A stretch of 63,998 nucleotides of DNA, counting the filler, from Cercozoa sp. M6MM (Eukaryota > Protista > Endomyxa: Ascetosporea), in the NCBI GenBank assembly GCA_040357565.1. It is 10 parts of 10 records of this genome, joined end to end, with 100 filler letters (N's around TTAATTAATTAA, not from the genome) between each part and the next. Parts side by side here need not be neighbours in the genome. Positions count along the whole stretch, not along the records: positions 1 to 19,171 come from JBDODJ010000216.1; positions 19,272 to 24,809 come from JBDODJ010000888.1; positions 24,910 to 31,360 come from JBDODJ010000734.1; 7 more parts are not named here. One strand, given 5' to 3'. How positions within the stretch are numbered: the stretch's first letter is position 1; each line of letters opens with the position of its first letter. The notes under the pieces are model-generated. The model had not been told where the DNA came from, made no database searches, and worked only from the letters and a program-made list of their open reading frames with translations. The position numbers and the translations under genes are program-made. Positions 13,188 through 24,942 of this stretch are shown in pieces.

Positions 13188-13455
13188 GGTAATTTCCCGG
13201 AAATTACCGGTTAATTTCGGTGAACAGAATTTACCAAGAAATTTCCCGGTAATTAACTCAATTTTTTATCACATGCACGTGCCGATACACCGGTAATTAC
13301 CGGGTAATTACTCGGAAATTTCTAGCTAATTCCTGGGTTATTTCCACCCAATTACTGAATTATTTCCAATTTATTACCGAGTTATTTCCAATTAATTACC
13401 GGGTTATTTCCAGTTAGTTACCAAAAAATTACCGACAAATCGAATTGCCGAATTA
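13188..13455. repeat. Subterminal repeat array of AATTACC/GGTAATT variants
   Basis: Many degenerate copies in both orientations directly inside the left TIR. Confidence 0.8.
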
Positions 13456-13897
13456 CATTCGGCCGCGTCCGTAGCTCGCTCGCCAACAGGAACGTCGGCA
13501 ACTTGCGTCAGTTCTTGGCACGACTGCGTCCACGAACACCGCTACGCGCCGAGCTACGACGAACCAAACGCTGCCGCTTGGCCGGTGGGTCTTGTCGTTC
13601 AGCTGGCGCAGCTGCTCTCTTGTGGCACTTCGTCATGAGAACACGATGCAGCACCTGCACAGTGCTACAAAAACTCCATTGGTCTCAAAAAAAAAGACAG
13701 CAACAAACAGGAGGCGTACCTCTCGCGCGCGAACGCCATCCCGACATCACACTGCGCATGCCACCATGTAAACACCAGGAGAGACACCGGGGGGGGGNNN
13801 NNNNNNNNNNNNNNNNNNNNNNNNNNNNNNNNNNNNNNNNNNNNNNNNNNNNNNNNNNNNNNNNNNNNNNNNNNNNNNNNNNNNNNNNNNNNNNNNN

Positions 13898-14780
13898 GCC
13901 TCGTAACTGACCTTGTCGATTCCTGGAATTGCATCGAGCCCATCTGTGTTGACTTCGGACGGTAGCCGGGCACCGCCGCGCAGCTTCCACATCAGCACCA
14001 GAAGACATAGCATCATGGGGGCAAGCATCTTGCCTGCGCAAACAAGAGAGGACAGTAAACATCGCGAAAGTACAACAGACCAAGACGCCGGTACCCGACA
14101 CAGTGTCACTCATCTTGAACAGCACCGTGGTCAGCGGCTTCAGAATGTTGGCGTCGGAGTCATTGTGCTGCGTGACCTGAGAGCTTGTCAGTCCCATCTG
14201 CGCCTGCGACCACACATAGTAACGAACACATAGTAACGAAAGGGTTAGTGATACCGACAGTGGAAGCACCAAAATACTTCAAACGTTCGAGGGAGCGCTC
14301 TCGCCCGCGCTGGCCTGGACGAATGTGCTGGCCGACCACCACTCGGGCCACCATCGATTCGGAGATGACGAATGAATCTGCATACCTTTCGTACAACACA
14401 TACACACAATAGCGTTCGGTACCGTGCCAAGCGAACAAACCTCGCCGTCACCAAACTCGGCGTCTGACACAAGAAAAACGTTTCGCTTGGGTGTCAGCGA
14501 ATTTGCTCTGCTTCAGTGCACTGTTGAGCAGAACAGCAATCTCCCCGTGCGCACAGCTTGCGGCGCTCGTGGGGAGTCTTGCAGGGCGATAAGCCAGACT
14601 CCCGCAAACTCGCAAAACATTCCGCAACGTCAGCAAGCTCGCGCTTGAACAGCACCACACCACTACTCGGTCCGATGCTCGTTGACTCGTCTAACATGCG
14701 CCACTGGAGCGCTGGTGCGATCGTCAAATGGCGATCATGGTGACATGTGTTGCTGCACGCGCAGATGATAGAGTGTTTGG
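13898..14780 (-). pseudogene. Spliced, apparently frameshifted unknown gene inside the transposon
   Basis: Coding-like segments (GVVLFKRELADVAECFASLRESG; GEIAVLLNSALKQSKF; AQMGLTSSQVTQHNDSDANILKPLTTVLFKMS) separated by GT-AG intron-like spacers and frame changes. Confidence 0.4.
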
Positions 14781-14989
14781 CCACAAAATTAGCATAATAA
14801 TCCGATTACAGCTGTGCTGACCTAGTGCAGCTGTCCTACCGATGCCCGCGCGGAACTGCCAAATTTGAAATGCCACCAGCATCAACGATCCAAGTGTAAA
14901 AGACGCACAGCAGCGACAAAGTGAGCTTGTAAAGTGGATCTCTTTACTTCATACGATATCCTTCTGTAGCAATGATCTTATGCAATCTT

Positions 14990-15004
14990 ACTCACATACA
15001 TACA

Positions 15005-15063
<59 letters not shown>

Positions 15064-15300
15064 CGTACAAATACTTAAATTTACAGTATTTACCCGCTTG
15101 GGGATGCATGCATGCATGCATGCATACATACATACATTCATACACATACATACATACGTACATAAATTTACAGACATACATACATACACACATACATACA
15201 TACATACATACATACATAATTTACATACATGCATACATAAATTTACATACATACATACATATATACACTTACATACACATACATACATACATACATGAAT
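14990..15300. repeat. (TA)n / (TACA)n microsatellite
   Basis: Direct inspection. Confidence 0.95.
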
Positions 15301-15489
15301 ACAGACGAAGCATACTACCTACGCCAAATAAGCAGCGCAGATACGGATAAATTTAAATAGACATCTTACACACCATCAAATCTCTCATTCTGTGGATTTA
15401 CCTGCATATAAGTATTATTGTAAGTACGGTAACCGTGAAATGCTGTCACCACTGCGCCCTGCTGTCGTAGATCTCCTGTCGCCTCAATG

Positions 15490-17470
15490 CTATGCGCCAC
15501 GAAGAACTAAGGGAAACGGAAAAGAACATGGGTAGCTCATGGACGAATATCTTTAAGCAGGATGGCGTTGAACATGCTGTTTTGGTGCTGCCCGGTCTGC
15601 ACTTGCACTGCCCCAAGACAAGAAAGAGCGCAAGTACCAATTGCATCTGCTTGCTCTCGACACAGGGGAACCCTTGCAAGGTTACTGCCGTGCCTTGACG
15701 ATGGTCAGTCTGTGCTGCGCGAGGCACAGTTCTTCCGTCGCGTGATGCGGTCGGAGGTTGAAGAGTATACAGAACGGCAGTCGAAGCAGAATCTGAGCGA
15801 CTCGGATGGGAGGTGCCCACAGCCAACTGGGCGAATGGCGGTACCTACAGCTGTCACTTGTCGTACCCACTAAAGTCTACTGCTGAGTGATTCGTGGTCA
15901 CAGCCACTGGTGACTTCTGCGGCAACAAAGGTAGCTTCCGACTGCTCCCACACCAAAGCTGCGTGTGCGACCTAGCTCACCAATGTGCAGGGAACCCTGG
16001 CACATGAACGGTAATGTACACCTTACTTATGAGATCTGCAGAATCCGGTTCATTCTTGTGACTATTCAGGAATTCACTTCTTTGTTGGGTCTGTTATTCG
16101 AGCATCTTGATGCCAAGGAAGCCGTGAAGGAGTTCTTTCGCGACCTGGGAGAGGTTATCGACTTCATGCGCCGCTACAACGGATTAGACTGCATACCGCA
16201 GCACACGCTGGCCAATTTGCCTAACAATGTGACGCAAGGTATGCGTAAGTTACGAATTGTGGATCGCGACAAGGTGTTAGGGGGAATACCGGCTCTCATT
16301 TCGTACTGGCGTTTAGAGTCAAAGCAGTTTGAGGACTTTGCGTGGGAAGGCGACGACAAGTTCGCTCTGGTGCTCGTGGCAGCTATGTCGAAGTACGCAA
16401 TGGTTTGCGAGCAGTATCAGTCTTACTATACTGAGGACGACCTACTGGAACTGGAAAAGTTGGTGCGGCATCGAAGCGCGCGAAAATGAGAATACTCGGT
16501 CCTGGGCGACATCTTTCCTCGAATGACCGCGACGACATGCATTCCACTCGGAACACTCGCAGTCACGCGAGCATGCGCGTTAACAACAACTTTGATTTCG
16601 AAGGTACAGGTTTCCTCCGACTGCAAATAGTATGTCGCGCCATGGATTAGTCCTGGGCCATGCTTGCTGGTAGCGATGTTTAAGTTCGCCAAGGTCCTTG
16701 CGCTCCGACATGCCAACAGATCGGCTGAAGTGGTGCTGGCGTACATGGCACGCATGGCTCTCACGAACGCAGCTGAAACACTGCACCCTGAGTACCGCCA
16801 CATGATGAACGAGCAGCGACAGACGTAAGAGGTCAACCTCCCGACCTTCCCTATCTTGAAAATTCACTGTACCCTTCATCTGCATAAAAATGCTCCGTAG
16901 ATATGCATCGCGCAGTTGCAAGGTCGAGTACGACAAAGATCACGACATTTCGGTGTGGAATGAAGACGCCAACACATTCGAGGTGACTTGCACTGGGCAG
17001 TTCAGCCGCCTCGTCGTATTGGTACACATGCTGCTTATAGTTCTCTCCAAGCTTGCTGCCGCACTGTAAATTCACCCTCGTTTCACTGTGCTTAGGGGGT
17101 GCGCATCACGTCAGGCGCAATCATTGAACTTGCAGACGACTCCCTCGTTCTCGTGAAGAACATCGTTGAGGTCAATGATGCGACGCGGCTTCATGGTGCA
17201 GATGTGTGGCACCGCCGAACGGTGCAACTACACCGGCCTCTTGAAATGCTCTGTCCCAGGTTCTATCGACACCGACATACCGCGTTTCGTGACTTTGGAC
17301 AATGCACGCGCACGGTACACCTCCTATCACCCAAAGATGCGCCGCCGTGCTCCGTCCGTGCGATCGCTGCTGGATCTCGGACTTAAGCGAGGTACACAGG
17401 TGTGGCTGCTCAACCGGCAACGTTTCACAACATGGTCGCCCGGCAACCTCTACGGCGATAACATCTACTA
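15490..17470 (+). pseudogene. Degenerate transposase (CMC/EnSpm-like)
   Basis: Colinear fragments with stops and frameshifts: IFKQDGVE...CPKTRKSASTNCICLLS; LLSDSWSQPLV...HTKAACAT; YTEDDLLELEKLVRH; FKFAKVLALRHANRSAE; GAIIELADDSLVLVKNIVEV. Their order resembles EnSpm-type DDE transposases; the fragments lie between the TIRs. Confidence 0.55.
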
Positions 17471-18155
17471 ACTGAATTTAAGCATGTAAACTGTACTCCA
17501 TGCGGTGTCACTTTTATAAATCTAATTTCCATCCAAAGTAATCTAATTTCTGCAAAAAAAAAATCTAATTTCTGCAGAAAACGCACCCATGGGCGGTTTT
17601 CCTTCAAAGTAAACATTATTGAGCATCTTTCAGGGTATAATAAGGACTGTTAACGCCCAGAAAACAGAAAAACACGAAAAAAACTGTAAAATGCAACAAA
17701 AACCGGGGCGAAAAAATCCAGGCAGCCAATATTTTTTGAGCATTTCAACAAAAATCGCCCACACTGCTCCGTAAACGAATCTAAAGGTCCCGGGCACTGT
17801 GAATTATATTAAAACCCCCGAAAATGCTACTTAAAGGGCTATTAGACGACGTTTGACCGATTTTGTCACGGAAATTACCGGGTAATTACTGGCACTGGGT
17901 TCTCGGGGTAAACTTGATTGTACTACACGCTGGGCAAAAAAGTAGTAACTTACGTCACAGTGCCCATAATCTGAGTCAGCCTGTAACATCGATTTATCGT
18001 AAATAAAAATGCGCAGCAAGGCTAGCAACGCAACGAACAGTACACATGAACCTAAATCAATCGAATTCATATCTACTCGTCTCTGATCGTATGTCGCCGC
18101 CAAACCGCAACCCAATCGGCGAAACGACGGACGGCCGACAAGAGGTGAATGCGGC

Positions 18156-19059
18156 TTACATGTGCGGGTGCGCAGGACCACGTTCCCGCGGTGCGCAGCT
18201 GATGACGTCATCGACACGGAGAATCATCTCGGCAGCTTCATGCGCCGACACGAGCACCTGGCTCTTTACCTGTAGGCATGTACACACAGCACATATGCGT
18301 GCATCAACATGCTAGCAAGCACACGATGCGTACCTGGAAGGACTCAGTGACGGCGAGTTCGCGCATGCAGCCCACCGTGCCCTGGTCCATGTCGAGACCC
18401 ATGGTGTTGTTGCCGGCGGCGTGCTCGGCTCGCAACTGCGCCACGAGGTCAGAGGCGTCGTAGCCACCATTGTCAGCGATCGTCGTCGGGATCTGTCGCA
18501 GTGCTCGCGCAAAGGCCTGTGCACACAGCAAGATAAACAGGGGCATCCGGGTGTGTTCAGTTGAGAAGAGAAAGGGCAGGGGGCAAGGGGATAATGGGTA
18601 AAGGAGAGCTACCTCAACAGCGAGGGCCTCCTTGCCGTGCGTCTGCTTGGCGAGCTGCTCGACGGCCTCGCTCATGAGGCACTCGGAGGCACCACCGCCC
18701 AGCACTGTGCGCCGCGACTGCACCGTCTGCGACAGCACGCACAGCGCGTCGTGCAGCGATCGCTCGGCCTCGTCCAGGATGTCTGCGGGGGGGGGGGGGC
18801 AGTGGAGGTAAGGTTGGTTGGAGTAAGGCCAAAGGTACGGCCAGAGGCGCCACGCAGCACGACGGTGCAGGCCTCGCCGCGAGCGACGCCCGAGAAACGC
18901 AGCACCTTGTCCTCGCCAATCATGATCTCCTCGACGAGATCGCAGTGGCCCAGCTTGTTGTGCTCCGGGTGGTCGAACACCGAGGCCACCTCGGCGTCCA
19001 GCACGAGTGCCAGTCGCTCGACGCCTTCGAAGTCGGCGTGCTCGATCGCCATGACACCT
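18156..19059 (-). CDS. CCT2: T-complex protein 1 subunit beta (3' part; 5' part lost in gap)
   Basis: [89 protein letters not shown]. Confidence 0.95.
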
Positions 19060-19118
19060 GCAGCATAGCATACACACATGATATTGGGGTATCGTGCTGT
19101 GCGCGTGTGTGCGTGTGC

Positions 19119-19171
<53 letters not shown>

Positions 19172-19271
19172 NNNNNNNNNNNNNNNNNNNNNNNNNNNNN
19201 NNNNNNNNNNNNNNNTTAATTAATTAANNNNNNNNNNNNNNNNNNNNNNNNNNNNNNNNNNNNNNNNNNNN
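19172..19271. other. Artificial contig spacer N44-TTAATTAATTAA-N44 (also at 24854, 31405, 43928, 51735, 53137, 56472, 60775, 62942)
   Basis: Identical 12-mer with stops in all six frames centred in 100-nt N gaps. Confidence 0.97.
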
Positions 19272-19311
<40 letters not shown>

Positions 19312-20653
19312 ACACACACAGCGAGAGGTCAGAACAACAGTCACAATGAAGCACAGTAGAACCTTGATCTGCTTGGCTGTTGGAGCTTTGTTGTCGGGCT
19401 CACCGTCAAGACTCAAGATGGTGTTAACGACGGTGCCAGTTCTCAGACACCACAGTGCCTCTATGCTTCGCAAGCTTTCACACCTGCCACAAACCAAATA
19501 GAACCAATCGTCCACCTAATTTGCCTTCCCTGAAACACTGAAGGTACAGAGCGTGACCGACGCTGACAAAAACGTCGCACGTGCGACCGCCGTTGCTGAG
19601 CTTGTTGGCGATGTGTTGGGCCACCGTTTCTCTCTGCAGGTCCGGTGCTTCGACTTTGACCAGGATGCTTCGACGCCCGCGCTGCTTGACACAGCCAAAG
19701 ACCGAGCAGCGATCTGTCTCGGCAGAGGGAACTCCTTCGGCAGTGAAACTCGGCGCCTCGAGCGACAGCAGCACCACTGTCCGCGGCAGCATCTCGGTCT
19801 TGCGCTGAGGTCCCAACACACTTCATCGCACAGAGCACGAGACTCAAAAAAAAAACAGGCCTACCAAAAAGTAACCGGGGAATTCAATCATCACATAGAA
19901 AAACTTATTCGATAAGTTTTGACGTTGTTCCAGCTTTGTCACCAAACCTCCGATACGCTTTGCCACCAGCATGCTGCGATCTCAATCCATGTCAAGAAAT
20001 TAGGTGTGCAAGAAAACAAGCTGACTACCTCCGGGCAATCGCTGCACGATCCTCTTCCAATCTGAGCGCGGCCAAGGCTGCAATAAAGAGAGCATGCCAA
20101 CACGAGGATTCTTGAAGTTGTGAATGCTTCATACAGCCACGGTAGACGTCCAGATCGTTGTAACTGTTGTGCATAGTGTTCGGCAACTCAGGCAGCAGCA
20201 ATTTTTGACTGTGCATCTGGAGGGTCGAGCGCTTCAGCAGCTTCTGCTCGTAGAGATCTGACGAAACTCACAGCCCGACTTTAAGAGAGCAAGTCAGAAG
20301 GTACAGAGAAAAATACCTGGGCAAATCTGCCAAGGGAAACATTCCGCTTCCTTTTTCACCGTCGACTTTTTACCTCGGGATGACATTGTACGTTCCTGTA
20401 TGCAACAAAAGCCTTGAAGCACAAAAGGGTTTAACAACATGGCCAGATTCCAGACCAGTACCTTGAGCGAACAGGTAGTTCAACACGAGAGTTTTAGTAA
20501 TAACGCACTGCAATAAAACAAGCCACAGTTCGGAACGGAGTTGTCGCTTTTTAAAGGTTCTAATGCACTTATGGAAGCCGGAACCAGGAAGCCGGAACCA
20601 GGAAGCCGGAACCAGGAAGCCGGAACCAGAACAACCTCCCCGTCACTGCTCAT
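19272..20653 (-). CDS. Hypothetical multi-exon protein (3'-truncated)
   Basis: Open exons bounded by GT-AG (ORFs 20025-20216, 19478-19819); no family recognised. Confidence 0.4.
20572..20628. repeat. 4 x 14-bp tandem repeat GGAAGCCGGAACCA, probably intronic
   Basis: Perfect head-to-tail copies with no spacers. Confidence 0.9.
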
Positions 20654-20975
20654 CCCCGTCGCTGCCGTTTGAAAGAAGATCAGCCAAAGTAAGTAACTTC
20701 AGCGTGAAGATACAGAGTTTAATTTAGTGCAGCCATGTGCACACTTTCTGTGCACACTCTGTCAAACGATAGAACTACACCGATACTCCAACAAAAAGTT
20801 CAACAAGATCGAGCATAAATCAGGACGAAAATTGAAACGGAACGACTAAAGTTCTGGACGAAGCCGGACCGGGACGACTCGACTGACGTGAAACTGAAAT
20901 CATTAAACTGCGCAGACAGTGCAGTAAACTGAACGGTGCATGCTTTCACTTCATGTGGCGGGCCAGCGAGCCAGG

Positions 20976-21535
20976 TCAGGACGGCGGCGGCAGCACGCCT
21001 CCGCCGGTCCAGCCCTTGGGCGGCCGCTTGTTGCATGCCAGCGTGTTGGCCACGACGTTGGCGTGCTGCTTGGCAAAGCACAGCAGCAGGTCGTCCAGTG
21101 AGGTTCTGTCTCGCTCGTTGTCCGAGTGCACTCGCTCCGCGTACTCGCGCATGCACCAGTACACGGCTTCGATGGTGGACAGGCACTCGGCACCGAACTC
21201 TTGGTGCTTCCAGAACAGCGTCTCGTGCCGCCGGATTCGCACGTGTCGCAGCTGCTTGACGCGCGGATGCGCAGCCAACTAACAACACAGAACACATGCA
21301 GATATACGGGAGACACGAGAGGGAGGGAGGGAGGAAGGAAGGAAGGAAGGAAGGAAACAAGCAAGAGGGGTACCTGCTTCCAGGTGCGCCATGTGGACTC
21401 GAGTACAACGACACGCCTGATCTGAGCAAGTTCTTCCGTAGGCACTTGGTCCCAGTAGCGCGCGTCATCGGCGATACTCAACACCACTGAGTTTGGCAAG
21501 TGCATACACAAATATGCATTTAAAAAAATAAAAAA

Positions 21536-21570
<35 letters not shown>

Positions 21571-22281
21571 CACACATTCTATACACACCACAAGATACGA
21601 CATATACGTATCGCACAACAAAGCAACAAGTTACTCGTGTCCTCGGGATTGAACCAGTCCTCGTTATCGCTCTTACTTCCTGTACAGGACACATCAGCAA
21701 TACACATCCATACATACATAGACTGATAGCATACCCACAGGGTTGTCCAGATCCGGGAAGCAGAAGTGCTTGGCATTCTCCGATAGAACACAGGCAGCGA
21801 GACCGGTGGCACTACATATTTGCGCCATAGTACACTGCCTTTGCGTATATTCATATGGTACGAACTGGTTCGCAGTTTCGGGTGTCGCAACACGGCCAGC
21901 TGGATCGGCAGCTGCAGTCGCCTGTCAGGTCGCAGTTCGGTTGTCCAGCAGAGACACCGCTGGCAGAACACCTGCGCACTGCGTTGACACTGTGTACACT
22001 TGACCTTGGGCAGGCCGAGCCACCGCTTCGGGTCCATCGAGAACGAGAACTGTGCGAACGGGTCGCGTGTCTCACCGTCAGTGCCCCTGTCACTGTCGCA
22101 GACACTCTGCATGGTACCGTCCTCGACGCTACTGTCCTCGGCACTGTCCTTGACGCTGTCCGGAAGGTTCTCGGCATGCTCCAGGAACCACGGTCGCTGC
22201 AGTCGCTCGCGGTATTGTTCGGCCGAGTCGCGCACCTCCTGTCGCAACAAGTCGGCGCAGTCGCCTACACACACACACATA

Positions 22282-22373
<92 letters not shown>

Positions 22374-23650
22374 CCGAATTTAAATTCACTGAACACAAAG
22401 ACCGCTTGGTACTGTACCGAGTGTAGCATCGACAGCAGGCAGCCGATCGTCGAAACAGCCGTCCAGGCAGTGTCGATGACGACCATGATTCTCCATGTTG
22501 TCCATTTCGTGGTACGTTTGTACTTGGCCATCCCTGTGCAGTGCAGTACACATCAAGTTAAGCAGAACCAATACAGAAAGCAAAAGCACAACAATCATAC
22601 TGCTCGTTGAGAAAGTGAATCGGCATCTCTTCGCGCAGGAAGATGGCGCGTGTCTCCGCATCCATCGAGCACACGAGTTTGCTGCCCAGAACGACAGTCC
22701 ATGGAAGGAAGAGAATAAGCTGGAAACACAGAAAAGCTGGTGATACTGAATACGCCAAGCATCGTGCGTGAGTTTGACCCAGTCGACGAGTTCAATGTCG
22801 CACTCGAGTTCCTCCGGGTAACACAGGTAACGCAGCAGGTGCCGCAGACGGAAACTGCAGGGGGCGCGGTGCCTTGTGTACACACACGAACTAACAAACA
22901 GAATGAGACAGTGTACACAGAGTCGTGTCCGATCATGTGCGCTTTCGGCAGGAAGGAACGACGACGCAGTCGCAAAATCGCCTCGTAGGACGCGTTCACA
23001 ATGCCCTACTCTAACACGGATCAAAACACAAGCACTGTCGGTAGGAAGGCAGAAGGCACACTACCTTTGTCCACTGCAAGACAAGCTTGCGTCGTGTGAT
23101 TGCATTCTCACGCATCTTGTCTTTGTTGCTTGTCTACAAAAACAGGCCAAATCATGGCAACAAAAACAGCACAAGAAGGCACAAGGTGGTTGGTCGGTCA
23201 CTCACCTCCTCTTGCTCAGGCCACACACGGCCAAAAAACTCATCGAAGTGCTCACTGGTCTCTTGACGTTCCAGCTCGCGTTGCTGCACTCCGACGTGGG
23301 CCGGCACCTCCAGTACCCTTAACTACCCAAGTAGACAGTGACCACATCATGTCCTAACCCTTGTGCACAGGATACAGCCAGTCGGTCACTCAGACGCGAT
23401 GGATAACGCTTGCGCAGTCGCCAAATGCCCTGTGCATACCTTCAGTTCACACTACTTGCAGTGTAAACAAAGGTTAAAGGTACGAAGTTTCGCTGCAGCA
23501 CTGACTCGTCGTACCAGTACCTGCGCACGCCAGTCCTGTCGACAAACTCGCGCACCAGCGCGCCATCTGCCTTTTTGCCTGACATTCACAATCTCATTCT
23601 CTTAGTGTCCACTCTGGTCATGGCCACGCACTATCCAGTTTACCTGGCAT
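20976..23650 (-). CDS. DTW-domain tRNA-uridine aminocarboxypropyltransferase (DTWD1-like) with long N-terminal extension
   Basis: CTQCQRSAQVFCQRC Zn site, LPIQLAVLRHP, VVVLESTW, TLFWKHQ...CLSTIEAVY and DDLL. Upstream exons splice in frame back to an ATG at 23650. Confidence 0.8.
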
Positions 23651-23799
23651 GCACTCAAGTGCCTCCAATACCACCTAAATCACGCCACAGCACATTCCTG
23701 CGAAAAATAGAGCGCCGCGACTCATCCAATCAAATAAAGACTTGCCAGATTTGGCGCACTTAGACCTAGCGACACGCTTGTGTGTGCAACAGTGGTTTA

Positions 23800-24809
23800 A
23801 TGTCGCAGTATGGCAAACAGCGGCCTCGCCCGCAGCAGGCGGATGCTGATAACTGGCAGGCCACCAAACGGTATTGAAAACCCAGCGGATGAAACAAAAT
23901 ACGAGAATTCCGCTTTTTCTTGTTTTCAGGGCAAAACGGGCGCCGTTGGTGCTGAGCTCGAACCGTGACTTGCGTGCCACGCAGTTGTGTAGCCTTCCGG
24001 GACCTGTCCGCACGTCTCTGACGTCTCTGGAGTCATCGTTCGATGCGTAAACTGGAGTGACAGGACTGACCAGTTCGGCCTGATCGTGCATGTTTTGATC
24101 TTGTTCTTGCAGTGCAACGATGTCGAAAGAAGGCGTGGTGGCTGTGGTGTCAAGTGGCGCATTGTTTGCTTGGCCAGCGCAGCGACAGCACCTGTGTCAG
24201 CAGTTCGATCTGGGCGACCTGGCTCGCTCTGAGAGTGTGCAGACACGTGCCATGTCACCACTGGTCACTGTGGTCAACTCATTGGTCACTGTGATCGCAC
24301 GTGGTGGTCACTTTCAACACTTCTCGTGCGAATTCGCCGGTCGAAGCGACGCCGGAACGAGGCGCAAATCGCAGTCGCAAATCTTCCGACTTCCGTTGCT
24401 CGACAGCGATCGGTGCCTTTGTGTTTTTGTGTTAGCGTTTCTCGCCTTGTGACTGGGCCGGCGTGGTCTGGTAATTCTGGAATTTGTCGCAACAGGGTCA
24501 GCTGTGCGAGCCACGTGTGCGAAACGCTGCTGCTGGTGGGCACTGAGAGTGGCCGCATCTTTGGTGTCACTGTCGACGTCAACGGGTACTTTGTAACTTA
24601 CAGTCGGCACGTGGTCTGTGTCTGTGTGGTCACTTGGCACGTGCGCATGTGGTAGTGATGACACTGACCGAGTGACTGAATGGACAAGCTTGTTGATGCC
24701 GAAGAAACCGTCGCCGTCGCTGCTGTCGCAGTTGCTGAGTCGACGCAGTAAAAACGACGACGTCGCGTCGCTCGAAACGCCGATCGATTGTGTCGCCTGG
24801 TAGTTCTGC
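23800..24809 (+). CDS. Nucleoporin Nup133-like N-terminal beta-propeller (3'-truncated)
   Basis: Spliced MSQYGKQRPRP...LRATQLCSLPGPVRTSL...ATMSKEGVVAVVSSGALFAW resembles the Nup133 N-terminus (SLPxxVxxxL...GxAxxVxxxxLxxW); later LLLVGTESGRIF. Confidence 0.5.
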
Positions 24810-24942
24810 NNNNNNNNNNNNNNNNNNNNNNNNNNNNNNNNNNNNNNNNNNNNTTAATTAATTAANNNNNNNNNNNNNNNNNNNNNNNNNNNNNNNNNNN
24901 NNNNNNNNNCCCCCCCCCCTACCCCCTTGACCCCCTCCATGG

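Larger units (their letters stand above)
13170..17908. mobile_element. TIR DNA transposon, CMC/EnSpm(CACTA)-like, decayed
   Basis: Left end CCCCGAGAACCCAGTGCCGGTAATTTCCCGGAAATTACC (13170-13208) matches the reverse complement of 17870-17908 at 35/39 positions, the first 18 identical. TA lies immediately outside both ends (13168-13169, 17909-17910). Subterminal repeats and broken ORFs inside. Confidence 0.85.

Noticed and set aside
14972-15350. ORFs of YI/HT/CV repeats (also 1-46, 2310-2390, 22265-22380, 63400-63720)
   Set aside because: Translations of microsatellites.
19216-19227. Recurring palindromic TTAATTAATTAA (9 copies)
   Set aside because: Always centred in N gaps; an artificial six-frame-stop contig linker.
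20572-20628. CRISPR-like short repeats
   Set aside because: Spacerless tandem repeat in a eukaryotic gene; no cas genes.
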